A DNA stretch of 64,000 bases, from assembly GCA_016938065.1 (NCBI GenBank), contig JAFGVI010000063.1:2623-66622 (forward strand). Reading direction: 5' to 3'. Source of the stretch: Deltaproteobacteria bacterium (GTDB taxonomy: Bacteria; Desulfobacterota; Anaeroferrophillalia; Anaeroferrophillales; Tharpellaceae). The notes beneath the pieces are model-generated. The model made no database searches, had not been told where the DNA came from, and was given only the letters and a program-made list of their open reading frames with translations. The position numbers and the translations under genes are program-made. Shown here one piece after another: positions 46,891-55,207 of the stretch (position 1 is the first letter of the stretch; the number at the start of each line of letters is the position of its first letter).

Positions 46891-48333
46891 ATGCCAAACA
46901 TACCCCCAAATATCGGGAAATACCGGATTGAAAAAGTCCTCGGCCACGGCGCCATGGGGGTTGTCTACTTGGGCTTTGACTGCACCCTTGAGCGCAAGGT
47001 TGCAATCAAAACCATCAAAAGTGAATACCTGGCCTGCAGCAGCGACAATAAAGACTATCTGATTCGTTTAAAAAGAGAAGCCCAGGCCGCAGGCCGCCTT
47101 CATCATCCCAATATTGCAGTGATCCATGACTTCGGCATTGACGATGACAAACGACCCTTTATTGTCATGGAGTACATTGCCGGACGGGAATTAAAAGAGA
47201 TTCTGGAACAGGGTCCGGGTAAATCTGATTTAAGTTTTACCTGCGAAATTGTCACTCAGGTTCTAGATGCCTTAAATTATGCCCATCGTCGGGGAGTCGT
47301 CCATCGCGACATCAAGCCCTCCAATCTTTTGATCAAAGCCGACAACTCAGTCGCGATTACCGATTTCGGCATCGCCCATATCGACACATCAGAGCTTACT
47401 CTTGACGGCTCGATAATGGGTACTCCAAATTATATGGCTCCCGAACAACTGCTCGGACAGCAGATCGACCAACGGGCCGATCTCTTTTCGGTCGGGGTTC
47501 TTCTATATGAGATGGTGACTGGAGAAAAACCCTACCCGGGAAAAGGGGCCGCCGGGAAAATCACCAGTATGCTGAAAGAACCTCTGATTGAAGCCGGCAC
47601 TTTAAATTTACGCCTACTGCCTGAACTTAACCGGATTATCAATAAAGCTCTGGCTATCGACAAAGAAGAACGCTATCAATCCGCCAGTGAATTTTTACTG
47701 GACCTGACAAAATTAAATCCATCCACGACAAAGGCTGCCGCCGCTGACAATAACCTAGAAAATCTGACCATCATAACTTCCGGAGCAAGTCCGAAAACAG
47801 AAAAAAAAGAGGTCAGTTACGATCTCAATGAAACCATCTTCACTACGACTTGCGAAGAAACCATCTTTGCGGAAACACCGAAGAAAACGCCTGCCCCGGC
47901 CGGCCCCACAGAGCCGACGCCGCCCCCCGGCCTGCCGCCCTACCGCTCCCTGAAAACCGGCATCGCTCTCTTTGCCGTGCTGGTTCTCGTTGCCGCGGCT
48001 TTAGGCGGCAGACATTTTTTTCTACCATCAACAAAAGATACACCTTTACAAAAAGCTGAAGTTAATCTGCAAAATACGAAAGAGGTGCAGCTGCAGGTAA
48101 ACAGCGCCAGCCGCGGTAAACTTCCAGGCAGAGTCAGAATTGACAGCGCTCCCCCGGGCAGTGAGGTTCTGCTGGCAGGCGAAATAAAAGGGAAAACCCC
48201 GTGCCTTATAACTTTACCCCAAGGTGACTATGATCTGGTTCTGCAACAAACAGGATATGAGGAGCTGGCTGTCATGGTTAGCGTCTTGACTGACAGAGAG
48301 ATTGATTTTACCGTCAATCTCAAGGCTCGATAA
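46891..48333 (+). CDS. Transmembrane Ser/Thr protein kinase with extracytoplasmic PEGA-like domain
   Basis: ATG at 46891. G-loop GHGAMGVVY, VAIK, HRDIKPSNLL, DFG, APE. TM segment IALFAVLVLVAAALGG. C-terminus VRIDSAPPGSEVLLAGEIKGKTPCLITLPQGDYDLVL. Confidence 0.85.
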   Translation: MPNIPPNIGKYRIEKVLGHGAMGVVYLGFDCTLERKVAIKTIKSEYLACSSDNKDYLIRLKREAQAAGRLHHPNIAVIHDFGIDDDKRPFIVMEYIAGRELKEILEQGPGKSDLSFTCEIVTQVLDALNYAHRRGVVHRDIKPSNLLIKADNSVAITDFGIAHIDTSELTLDGSIMGTPNYMAPEQLLGQQIDQRADLFSVGVLLYEMVTGEKPYPGKGAAGKITSMLKEPLIEAGTLNLRLLPELNRIINKALAIDKEERYQSASEFLLDLTKLNPSTTKAAAADNNLENLTIITSGASPKTEKKEVSYDLNETIFTTTCEETIFAETPKKTPAPAGPTEPTPPPGLPPYRSLKTGIALFAVLVLVAAALGGRHFFLPSTKDTPLQKAEVNLQNTKEVQLQVNSASRGKLPGRVRIDSAPPGSEVLLAGEIKGKTPCLITLPQGDYDLVLQQTGYEELAVMVSVLTDREIDFTVNLKAR

Positions 48334-48342
48334 TTTACTAAA

Positions 48343-49293
48343 ATGCAGAAATTAATCTGTAAGGCACTGCTCCTTTTCATTATAATTTCGCTGCAGCTGC
48401 AAACTTCGGGAAAACTGTGGGCGCAGAGCCCGGAAACGTCGCAAGTCGACAATGAGAATTCCGGCTACATCATCTCCCGTTCCATCGTGTGCAGTGCCGA
48501 CATCTATACGATTATCGACAAGGATATAAGCGCCGAGAAAGCCCGCCAGAAAGCAGTAAACGCGGGTCGACGCAAAATTTTACACAAAGGCAGAGCACTC
48601 ATTCTGGAAATCCTGCACAACAGCGGCCTGAAAAACGGGGAGGAACAACTACAGCTACCGACAGCAGATGAACTTGTCATCGTTGAACAAAAGGAGATAC
48701 AATCCCCTATCAGCAGCACGAGCGGGCGGGCGACCGCAATTTTCATGACCGCCGAGATTTGCTACAAGCTTAAACTGCCACTCAGCGAAACTCTGAGCAA
48801 TCCGGCTCTGCCTTTGACCGTGAAACTCTGGGCCTCACAGAATCGCTACTACGCAGGGGAAGCAATGAAATTTTTTTTTCAGAGCAACCGGGATTGCTAT
48901 CTAACCCTTATAGACCAGGCCCCGGACGGGACTCTGCTTCAACTGCTGCCCAACGGTTTTCGTAAAGATGAGATCATCCACCCGGACAAAACCTACCAGC
49001 TGCCTGATCTTCTGGCCGGGGATTTCTACTCTTTTAATGTCTCGGCCCCGTTCGGAACCGAGAAGATAATAATCTTTGCTGGAGATGGCCCGCTTAACCG
49101 AAAATCGGAACTCGCAGAAAAAGAAAAAACAGAGCTTTTTCAAAAATTAAAACTTCCACTTGAGGACTTTCGCAAAGAACTGATAAGCATAAGGAACACG
49201 ACAACAACAACGCCGGAAACTAATAACGACACTAACAGGAGTCAGCAATTTTTCACAGGCTATCTCTCCTTGGAAACACTTATAAAGAAATAA
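48343..49293 (+). CDS. Secreted DUF4384-like protein
   Basis: Signal peptide MQKLICKALLLFIIISLQLQTSG. YYAGEAMKFFFQSNRDCYLTLIDQAPDGTLLQLLPN resembles the DUF4384 core. Starts 9 nt after the kinase gene. Confidence 0.55.
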   Translation: MQKLICKALLLFIIISLQLQTSGKLWAQSPETSQVDNENSGYIISRSIVCSADIYTIIDKDISAEKARQKAVNAGRRKILHKGRALILEILHNSGLKNGEEQLQLPTADELVIVEQKEIQSPISSTSGRATAIFMTAEICYKLKLPLSETLSNPALPLTVKLWASQNRYYAGEAMKFFFQSNRDCYLTLIDQAPDGTLLQLLPNGFRKDEIIHPDKTYQLPDLLAGDFYSFNVSAPFGTEKIIIFAGDGPLNRKSELAEKEKTELFQKLKLPLEDFRKELISIRNTTTTTPETNNDTNRSQQFFTGYLSLETLIKK

Positions 49294-49352
49294 AGATTAG
49301 AACCTTAGAGGTTTTTTTCACCAGTTTTCAGCAGGTAACCGGCGCAACAATC

Positions 49353-50174
49353 ATGGTGGGCTTTTTCTGCCTCGTGACTGGTTGCGGATATTTTCCATCC
49401 GGGAGATATCAACTCAATAACGCAGCCCGAACCGGGCTAAAAAAAGTTCGTTTTAGCGCCGAGGAGTTTGTGCTTTACGGGGCTCTAAAAAATACTGATA
49501 ACCGGACAGACACCCTGGTTATTTATATCGAAGGAGATGGTTCAGCCTGGCTAACCAAAAATGACCCATCCGAGGACCCGACCCCACAAAAGCCGCTGGC
49601 TTTAGGATTGGCTATAAAGGATCCGGCCGATAAAATTCTCTATCTGGCGCGACCGGGACAGTTTCTACAAAGTAAAGATCCTCAATGTCAGTCCTGTTAC
49701 TGGTTGAAGGCGGAGCGTTATTCGGAAAAGGTGATCAAGGCCTACATGATAGTCATTGACTTGGTCAAAAATGAACAAAAAGTCAAAAAAATCGCTTTAG
49801 TGGGCTATTCCGGCGGGGGAGTTATCGCCGCCCTGCTTGCCGCGCGCCGCGATGATATTCTCTGGCTGGCAACAGTGGCCGCAAACCTGGATCTGCAGTT
49901 GTATTGTTCACAACATCAAATAACACCGCTTGATGATTCTTTAAAACCGATTGATTTTACCGCGACCCTACAGAAAATTCCACAGTTCCATTTTGTTGGG
50001 GGTCGGGATCAGATTGTACCACCGGAAATCGTTCAATCTTACATTAATGCCATGCCCGAAAAAAAGTTTGTGACCATGATAACCAAAAAAAAGTTTGATC
50101 ACCACTGTTGCTGGGAAAAGGAGTGGCCCCAGCTACTGAATTGGATCTTAAAAGATAATTCACCTGATTTTTAA
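49353..50174 (+). CDS. Alpha/beta-hydrolase-fold lipoprotein
   Basis: Lipobox LVTGC. Nucleophile elbow VGYSGGG. No convincing RBS, so the start is uncertain. Confidence 0.5.
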   Translation: MVGFFCLVTGCGYFPSGRYQLNNAARTGLKKVRFSAEEFVLYGALKNTDNRTDTLVIYIEGDGSAWLTKNDPSEDPTPQKPLALGLAIKDPADKILYLARPGQFLQSKDPQCQSCYWLKAERYSEKVIKAYMIVIDLVKNEQKVKKIALVGYSGGGVIAALLAARRDDILWLATVAANLDLQLYCSQHQITPLDDSLKPIDFTATLQKIPQFHFVGGRDQIVPPEIVQSYINAMPEKKFVTMITKKKFDHHCCWEKEWPQLLNWILKDNSPDF

Positions 50175-50288
50175 TTTTCTGTGGCAACAGCATGTCCTTA
50201 AAAATTCACATTACTGGCACAGATGTTTGAATTGTTTTTGTAAACTTGTTGTTTTAATCTTTTCAATTTTTAGGAGGAGAGTTTGGTT

Positions 50289-51569
50289 ATGCTGAAAAAG
50301 AGAATAATATGTTTGGCAATGATCGTTCTGGCATTGTTATTCACGGGAGTCGCTTTTGCGACAACATTTGACTGGCAGGCAATGGATAACTATTCAAAAT
50401 CCCAGGTCGATTGCTTTGACGTGACCAGTAGTACGTTTTGGGACAACACGGAAAATTATTCTCTGACCGTCGATCAGAAGGATAAAACAGGGGTCTGTAA
50501 TTCAGGGTTTGACCTGCTCACCCTGACCGATGCTTCCGGAACTTCAATATGGTCTGAAGACGTTGCCGATGGTACGGCGGGTTCATTCGCTAAAGCCAAC
50601 TGGAGCATGATGCTGGGCGATGATGAAATAGGTTCTACGGTTACTGCATCCCAGGTGCTGAGGACATCAGTGACTCAAACCGCGGGAATGATCAGCAAGC
50701 GAGTCGCCAATATCATGTCACCAAAAAGCTCGGCAAAGGCTAAAAAACTCGCAGTGCTCGGGATCAGTGGAATCTCGGCCGGTGATGCCGCACCCCAGTA
50801 TGGCTTCTGGGTTAATGCCGGCTATACGGACTGGAAAATCGACAGCCGAAACGAGGAGAGTGACGGAGAGCTGGCAACTCTGATTGCCGGAGCTGACTAT
50901 AAAATTACCGACAAGATTGTTTTAGGTTTTTCTCTCGCGTATGAAAACTCCGACATTGACACCGATTACAACGATGGCTGGGTAGAGCAGGACGGTGTAA
51001 CTTTAGCTCCTTACATGGCGATAGTGTTTAACGAATATCTCTCTTTTGACGCAACCTTGGGTTATGCCTGGCTGAACACTGATCAGGAACGCGATAAAGG
51101 AGTCGGCAATAAAGTGAAAAGTTCACTTGATTCAAATCGTTACTTTGCCTCGGCCCGCCTTAACGCCTACTACAACGTTGAAAACTTAAAATTGTCCGGG
51201 GTTCTGGGCTGGCTCTATGCTACGGAAGATCAGGACTCATTTACCGAAAATGACGGTAACGAAGTTGATTCAAACAGTGTCCATCTCGGCCAGTTATCGC
51301 TAGGAAGCGAAGTCAGTTACGATTTCGTAGGTTGGGAACCCTACCTGTCCGCAACCTTTGTCTACGATTACCAGTATGATGATGTAAAGAGCAAAGGTTA
51401 CGATGATATCGACCAGAGTAATTACGATGATACCTCCTTTGAGGTCAACCCAGGGGTTCGCATCCGTTTCAACAATAATTTAAGCGCCGATCTTCAGGGA
51501 GGTTTCGTCCTGGGTCGTAACGATTATGACGAATATTCCATCTCGGCAAATCTGCGTTACGAATTTTAG
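50289..51569 (+). CDS. Autotransporter-type outer-membrane beta-barrel protein with short passenger
   Basis: ATG at 50289 after aggaggagag. Signal peptide. The C-terminal ~270 aa have an alternating strand pattern ending ...ISANLRYEF. Confidence 0.6.
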   Translation: MLKKRIICLAMIVLALLFTGVAFATTFDWQAMDNYSKSQVDCFDVTSSTFWDNTENYSLTVDQKDKTGVCNSGFDLLTLTDASGTSIWSEDVADGTAGSFAKANWSMMLGDDEIGSTVTASQVLRTSVTQTAGMISKRVANIMSPKSSAKAKKLAVLGISGISAGDAAPQYGFWVNAGYTDWKIDSRNEESDGELATLIAGADYKITDKIVLGFSLAYENSDIDTDYNDGWVEQDGVTLAPYMAIVFNEYLSFDATLGYAWLNTDQERDKGVGNKVKSSLDSNRYFASARLNAYYNVENLKLSGVLGWLYATEDQDSFTENDGNEVDSNSVHLGQLSLGSEVSYDFVGWEPYLSATFVYDYQYDDVKSKGYDDIDQSNYDDTSFEVNPGVRIRFNNNLSADLQGGFVLGRNDYDEYSISANLRYEF

Positions 51570-51696
51570 TACCTTACAGGTTATTTTCGGTTTGAAAACG
51601 TGAGAGTGCTCCGACATAAGTAGCGACCTGCGAACATTCAAATAGTCAATGCAACTTTAATCTGACATTAATATTAAATCTGAGGGAGAAACATAA

Positions 51697-54492
51697 ATGA
51701 AGAGACTGAGATCCTGGTCAATTTTGATACTTTTATTTTGTTGCTGGATAGTATCGGCCAGCGTATGGGCAGCAACTCTAGAGGGTGAAATTTCTGTCAC
51801 CGGAATCCAGACAATTGCAAAAGAGGGAGATTGCACCTATAATGAATACAACTTTACAGGTATGGCTACTGGTACCGTTAATGATGGCAACGGTTTAGAT
51901 AATATATTGTTTAGAGTAGATGATGATGGCGATACTAAAGATTCTAAAACTGTTTCCATCCCGGTAGGTGAAACCATCGATTTTTCGGTAACACTGAGAT
52001 TCGAAGGTATCTACAAAACGGCTGTTGCTGGAGTGGCCTTGGTAGTAGATGAACTAGGCTATTTTGAAGAAAATTATATTCCAGATGAAATAGCAGGAAT
52101 TTGTCCCAGTGAAACCTCTAACGATCCCGACGTAGATGATGACGGTGATGGTTACACGGAAAATCAGGGAGATTGTAACGATGCCGATGCCTCGATTCAC
52201 CCTGAAGGAGCTGTCTGCGGCAATGGCATCGAAATCTGTGGTGATGGCATTGATCAGAATTGCGACGGAGTTGATTCCGCTTGCGGTTCCTACTGCAACG
52301 GATGCCTGATCTTCCCCAGAGTTGTCAGCTGTTCCGGCTGGGAAACCAGAATCGGTCTTATTAACCCGAGTGCAAGTGCAACTCCGGTAAGCGGAATCTT
52401 CAGGGCTTATACCGCCGGCGGTGAGGAAGCTGGCAGTTTAACTGTGACCTTACCTGGTAATGGTCGTAAGGAAATCGAAATAAATGAAATGCCCGAAATT
52501 ACCGCGCCTGAAACCATAGCTTACTGCACCTTTGATGACAATGGTGCAGGTGCGGTGGGTTACGCTGAATGGAATATCGGCAACGCCTTAAAAGCTGCAG
52601 TTCCGGCGCAACGTGAAGCCTTGAGCGGTGCCATCGTACTCGGTAATCTTGTTTGCAGTGAGACCTGGCGCACCGAATGTTCTATGGTAAATACAAACAC
52701 GGAAACTAAGACCCTGACTCTAACATTCAATACGGGTGAAAGTCGAACCATCGAGATCCCTGGAAACGGCGCGAAACGCTTCTGGATTCGTGATCTTTTT
52801 GAAGGAGTCTTTCAGCCCGGGATAACATCAGCCAAGATCGATGATGCGACCGGTATTATCGGATTGCAGATGCGAGTAAGCTATATGGAAGGCTGCTCTT
52901 CGATAGCCGGCGCGCACCAGATAAGCGGCAATAAATCCGCAACTATCTACTTTCCACATGCAATCTGCAGTGAAAAGTGGGCGACAAAAATGTACTTCAA
53001 TAGTTATGACAATGCATCTGAAGTTGACTGCACAACCTTCGACAGTGACGGTGCGGTCATCAACCTGGAGAAAATCTACCTTAACGCCGATGGCGATTAC
53101 TCTACACCTCTTTGTGACGTTACCGGACTTACATGTTTAAAACTCGATACGACCGGTTCTCTGGATGCCGACCTGAGACTCGATACAACCGGATCCCTGG
53201 ATCCCGCCGACTACGACAACTGCTGGCTTAAAGTTGAAAGCAACGGTACTCTTCTGGCCGGCGGCTCCGAAGATCTGATCGGGGTCGATGATGAAAATAT
53301 CGCCCGGCAAATGGCCTCTCTTAACGCCATCTCTACCGGGATTGCAAGTGGGGTGATCGCCACATTGGCAGTGGATGGGGGCTGGACCGGCCTGGGCTTG
53401 ATCAACCCCGCTGATACAACCACTGCAACAGTTGATCTCATTGCCTGTGATGACAACGGCACACCCAAAGGCGCAGCACGTTTAGTAATCGCACCTCATG
53501 CCAAAAAATCGATAGTTGTAGAAGAGCTTTTTGCCGCCTACGATATCAGCTCCGCGACCTGGATCGCTTTTAATTCCAGCAGCGAAATTTTTACCTTCGT
53601 TTTGCAGGGCTCCGCTGATGGCCTGGCACTTGAAGCTCTACCCGGCATTGCGGCTCCGTTTACGTTCATCGACAACGATGGTGACGGTTATCCCGTCGGC
53701 GTTCTTGACTGCGATGATAATGATCCTGCAGTTCATATGAATTGCGCTGAGCCGGTCGATCCCAACACTGTCGATGATGACGGCGACGGCTATAGTGAGG
53801 ACCAGGGTGACTGCAACGACAACGATGCCACAATCCATCCCGGCGCTGATGACATCTGCGGGGATGGCATTGACCAGGACTGTAATGGAAGTGATCTGGT
53901 TTGTGATATTCCCGTTGAGCCGGTCGATCCTAACACTATCGATAACGACGGTGACGGCTATAGTGAGAATCAGGGTGACTGCAACGACAGCAATGCTGCA
54001 ATCCATCCCGGAGCTGATGACATCTGCGGGGATGGCATTGACCAGGACTGTAACGGCAGCGATCTGGTTTGTGATATTCCTGTTGCGGTAGGACTTGCAT
54101 CAAGTCACTATGGCACATATCGTGTTACCAGCATCCAAGCGGACACAAACGGTAGTCAAGACTGCTTGTTTGTTGGAGATGAGGCAACGATTACAGACAA
54201 TCAATCATTACATGATATGGATAATTATGTCTGGATACCACGGAACATAGCAACCTACTCAAATACCTATATAGACTCTGATGGTGATACGGTAACACAG
54301 ACAGAAACCATTTCCGCGAATATGCTAATTATGGATGAAATTGGCACATGGGGAGATGAACCGGACAAAGGGTGGAACGTTCACCTGGAAATTGATTTTG
54401 AAAATTTGACATTTACACTTACAGAGACAGATAGTGAAATATATGATGGGTGCGAAGGAACATATCGAGGGACACTTGTAAAAATCGACTAA
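51697..54492 (+). CDS. Large secreted protein: Cys-rich DGDGY...DCND...HPGA...CGDGIDQ(D/N)C(D/N)G metal-binding-type motifs flanking four GWxTG-type modules
   Basis: Signal peptide MKRLRSWSILILLFCCWIVSASVWA. Four copies of the Cys/Asp-rich motif (aa ~145, ~655, ~700, ~756). It resembles the motif family I recall as putative metal-binding / MopE-like. Confidence 0.7.
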   Translation: MKRLRSWSILILLFCCWIVSASVWAATLEGEISVTGIQTIAKEGDCTYNEYNFTGMATGTVNDGNGLDNILFRVDDDGDTKDSKTVSIPVGETIDFSVTLRFEGIYKTAVAGVALVVDELGYFEENYIPDEIAGICPSETSNDPDVDDDGDGYTENQGDCNDADASIHPEGAVCGNGIEICGDGIDQNCDGVDSACGSYCNGCLIFPRVVSCSGWETRIGLINPSASATPVSGIFRAYTAGGEEAGSLTVTLPGNGRKEIEINEMPEITAPETIAYCTFDDNGAGAVGYAEWNIGNALKAAVPAQREALSGAIVLGNLVCSETWRTECSMVNTNTETKTLTLTFNTGESRTIEIPGNGAKRFWIRDLFEGVFQPGITSAKIDDATGIIGLQMRVSYMEGCSSIAGAHQISGNKSATIYFPHAICSEKWATKMYFNSYDNASEVDCTTFDSDGAVINLEKIYLNADGDYSTPLCDVTGLTCLKLDTTGSLDADLRLDTTGSLDPADYDNCWLKVESNGTLLAGGSEDLIGVDDENIARQMASLNAISTGIASGVIATLAVDGGWTGLGLINPADTTTATVDLIACDDNGTPKGAARLVIAPHAKKSIVVEELFAAYDISSATWIAFNSSSEIFTFVLQGSADGLALEALPGIAAPFTFIDNDGDGYPVGVLDCDDNDPAVHMNCAEPVDPNTVDDDGDGYSEDQGDCNDNDATIHPGADDICGDGIDQDCNGSDLVCDIPVEPVDPNTIDNDGDGYSENQGDCNDSNAAIHPGADDICGDGIDQDCNGSDLVCDIPVAVGLASSHYGTYRVTSIQADTNGSQDCLFVGDEATITDNQSLHDMDNYVWIPRNIATYSNTYIDSDGDTVTQTETISANMLIMDEIGTWGDEPDKGWNVHLEIDFENLTFTLTETDSEIYDGCEGTYRGTLVKID
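53749..54084 (+). repeat. Tandem duplication, 2 x 168 bp (56 codons) inside the 931-aa gene
   Basis: Copy 1 is 53749-53916 and copy 2 is 53917-54084. Both begin gagccggtcgatcc and end gatctggtttgtgatattcc(c/t)gtt, with scattered mostly synonymous or conservative differences. Confidence 0.9.
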
Positions 54493-54531
54493 TTAAAGAA
54501 AACGAGGAACTTAACATTTCATTCCACATTG

Positions 54532-54572
54532 ACTCTGAGCAGGTGAAAAAATATTTTTCACCTGCTCAGAGT
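54532..54572. terminator. Perfect 19-bp hairpin (terminator-like) after the 931-aa gene
   Basis: actctgagcaggtgaaaaa - ata - tttttcacctgctcagagt. The A and T runs are inside the stem and there is no separate U-tail. Confidence 0.55.
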
Positions 54573-54603
54573 ACTCGAACACATCAAAATAAGGAGGCTT
54601 ACC

Positions 54604-55095
54604 ATGAAAAAGTTTTTCTGCACTCTACTGGCCATATTTTTCCTGTTTGTCGCGGCTGGAGCAGTTGCAGCCGAACCGCTGGTCATTACTGAAAACCAGA
54701 TTCCCGATCAGGAGAGTTTGATAAATGCCCTGGCTCTGAAAAAAGATGAATGTCGACGCATGACCGTCAATATGAAGATCCACTTCGACCTTGATTCATC
54801 CGAGATTACAGCCAAAAGTGCGGAAACTTTAGATGCGATTGGCAAAGCCATGCAGGCAGAAAGGTTGCAGGCCTTGCATTTTGACCTGGAAGGCCACACC
54901 GACGCTTCCGGAAGTGAAAACTATAATCAGAAATTATCAGAAAAACGGGCAATGGCGGTAAAATACTATCTGGTAGCCCGTTGCGGCGTTACTGATGAAC
55001 GCCTAACGGCCCAGGGCCGAGGAGAAAGTGACCCGGAAGACCCGAATCCGCTGGCCGAAGCCAATCGCCGGGTCAATATCTATAGCGTCAGATAA
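54604..55095 (+). CDS. OmpA-like (OmpA C-terminal, peptidoglycan-binding) protein
   Basis: Signal peptide MKKFFCTLLAIFFLFVAAGAVAA. HFDLDSSEI..., LEGHTDASGSENYNQKLSEKRAMAVKYYL, GRGESDP, NRRV. Confidence 0.8.
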   Translation: MKKFFCTLLAIFFLFVAAGAVAAEPLVITENQIPDQESLINALALKKDECRRMTVNMKIHFDLDSSEITAKSAETLDAIGKAMQAERLQALHFDLEGHTDASGSENYNQKLSEKRAMAVKYYLVARCGVTDERLTAQGRGESDPEDPNPLAEANRRVNIYSVR

Positions 55096-55207
55096 CTCGG
55101 AAAAATGATCAAAAACCGACGAAGTCAATTTTTTCGGAGCTGATTATTGCTCTCTGGTTAGAACCTCAGAAGCGATTTGGATAAGATAAGCAGGTAGGGG
55201 GGTTACT

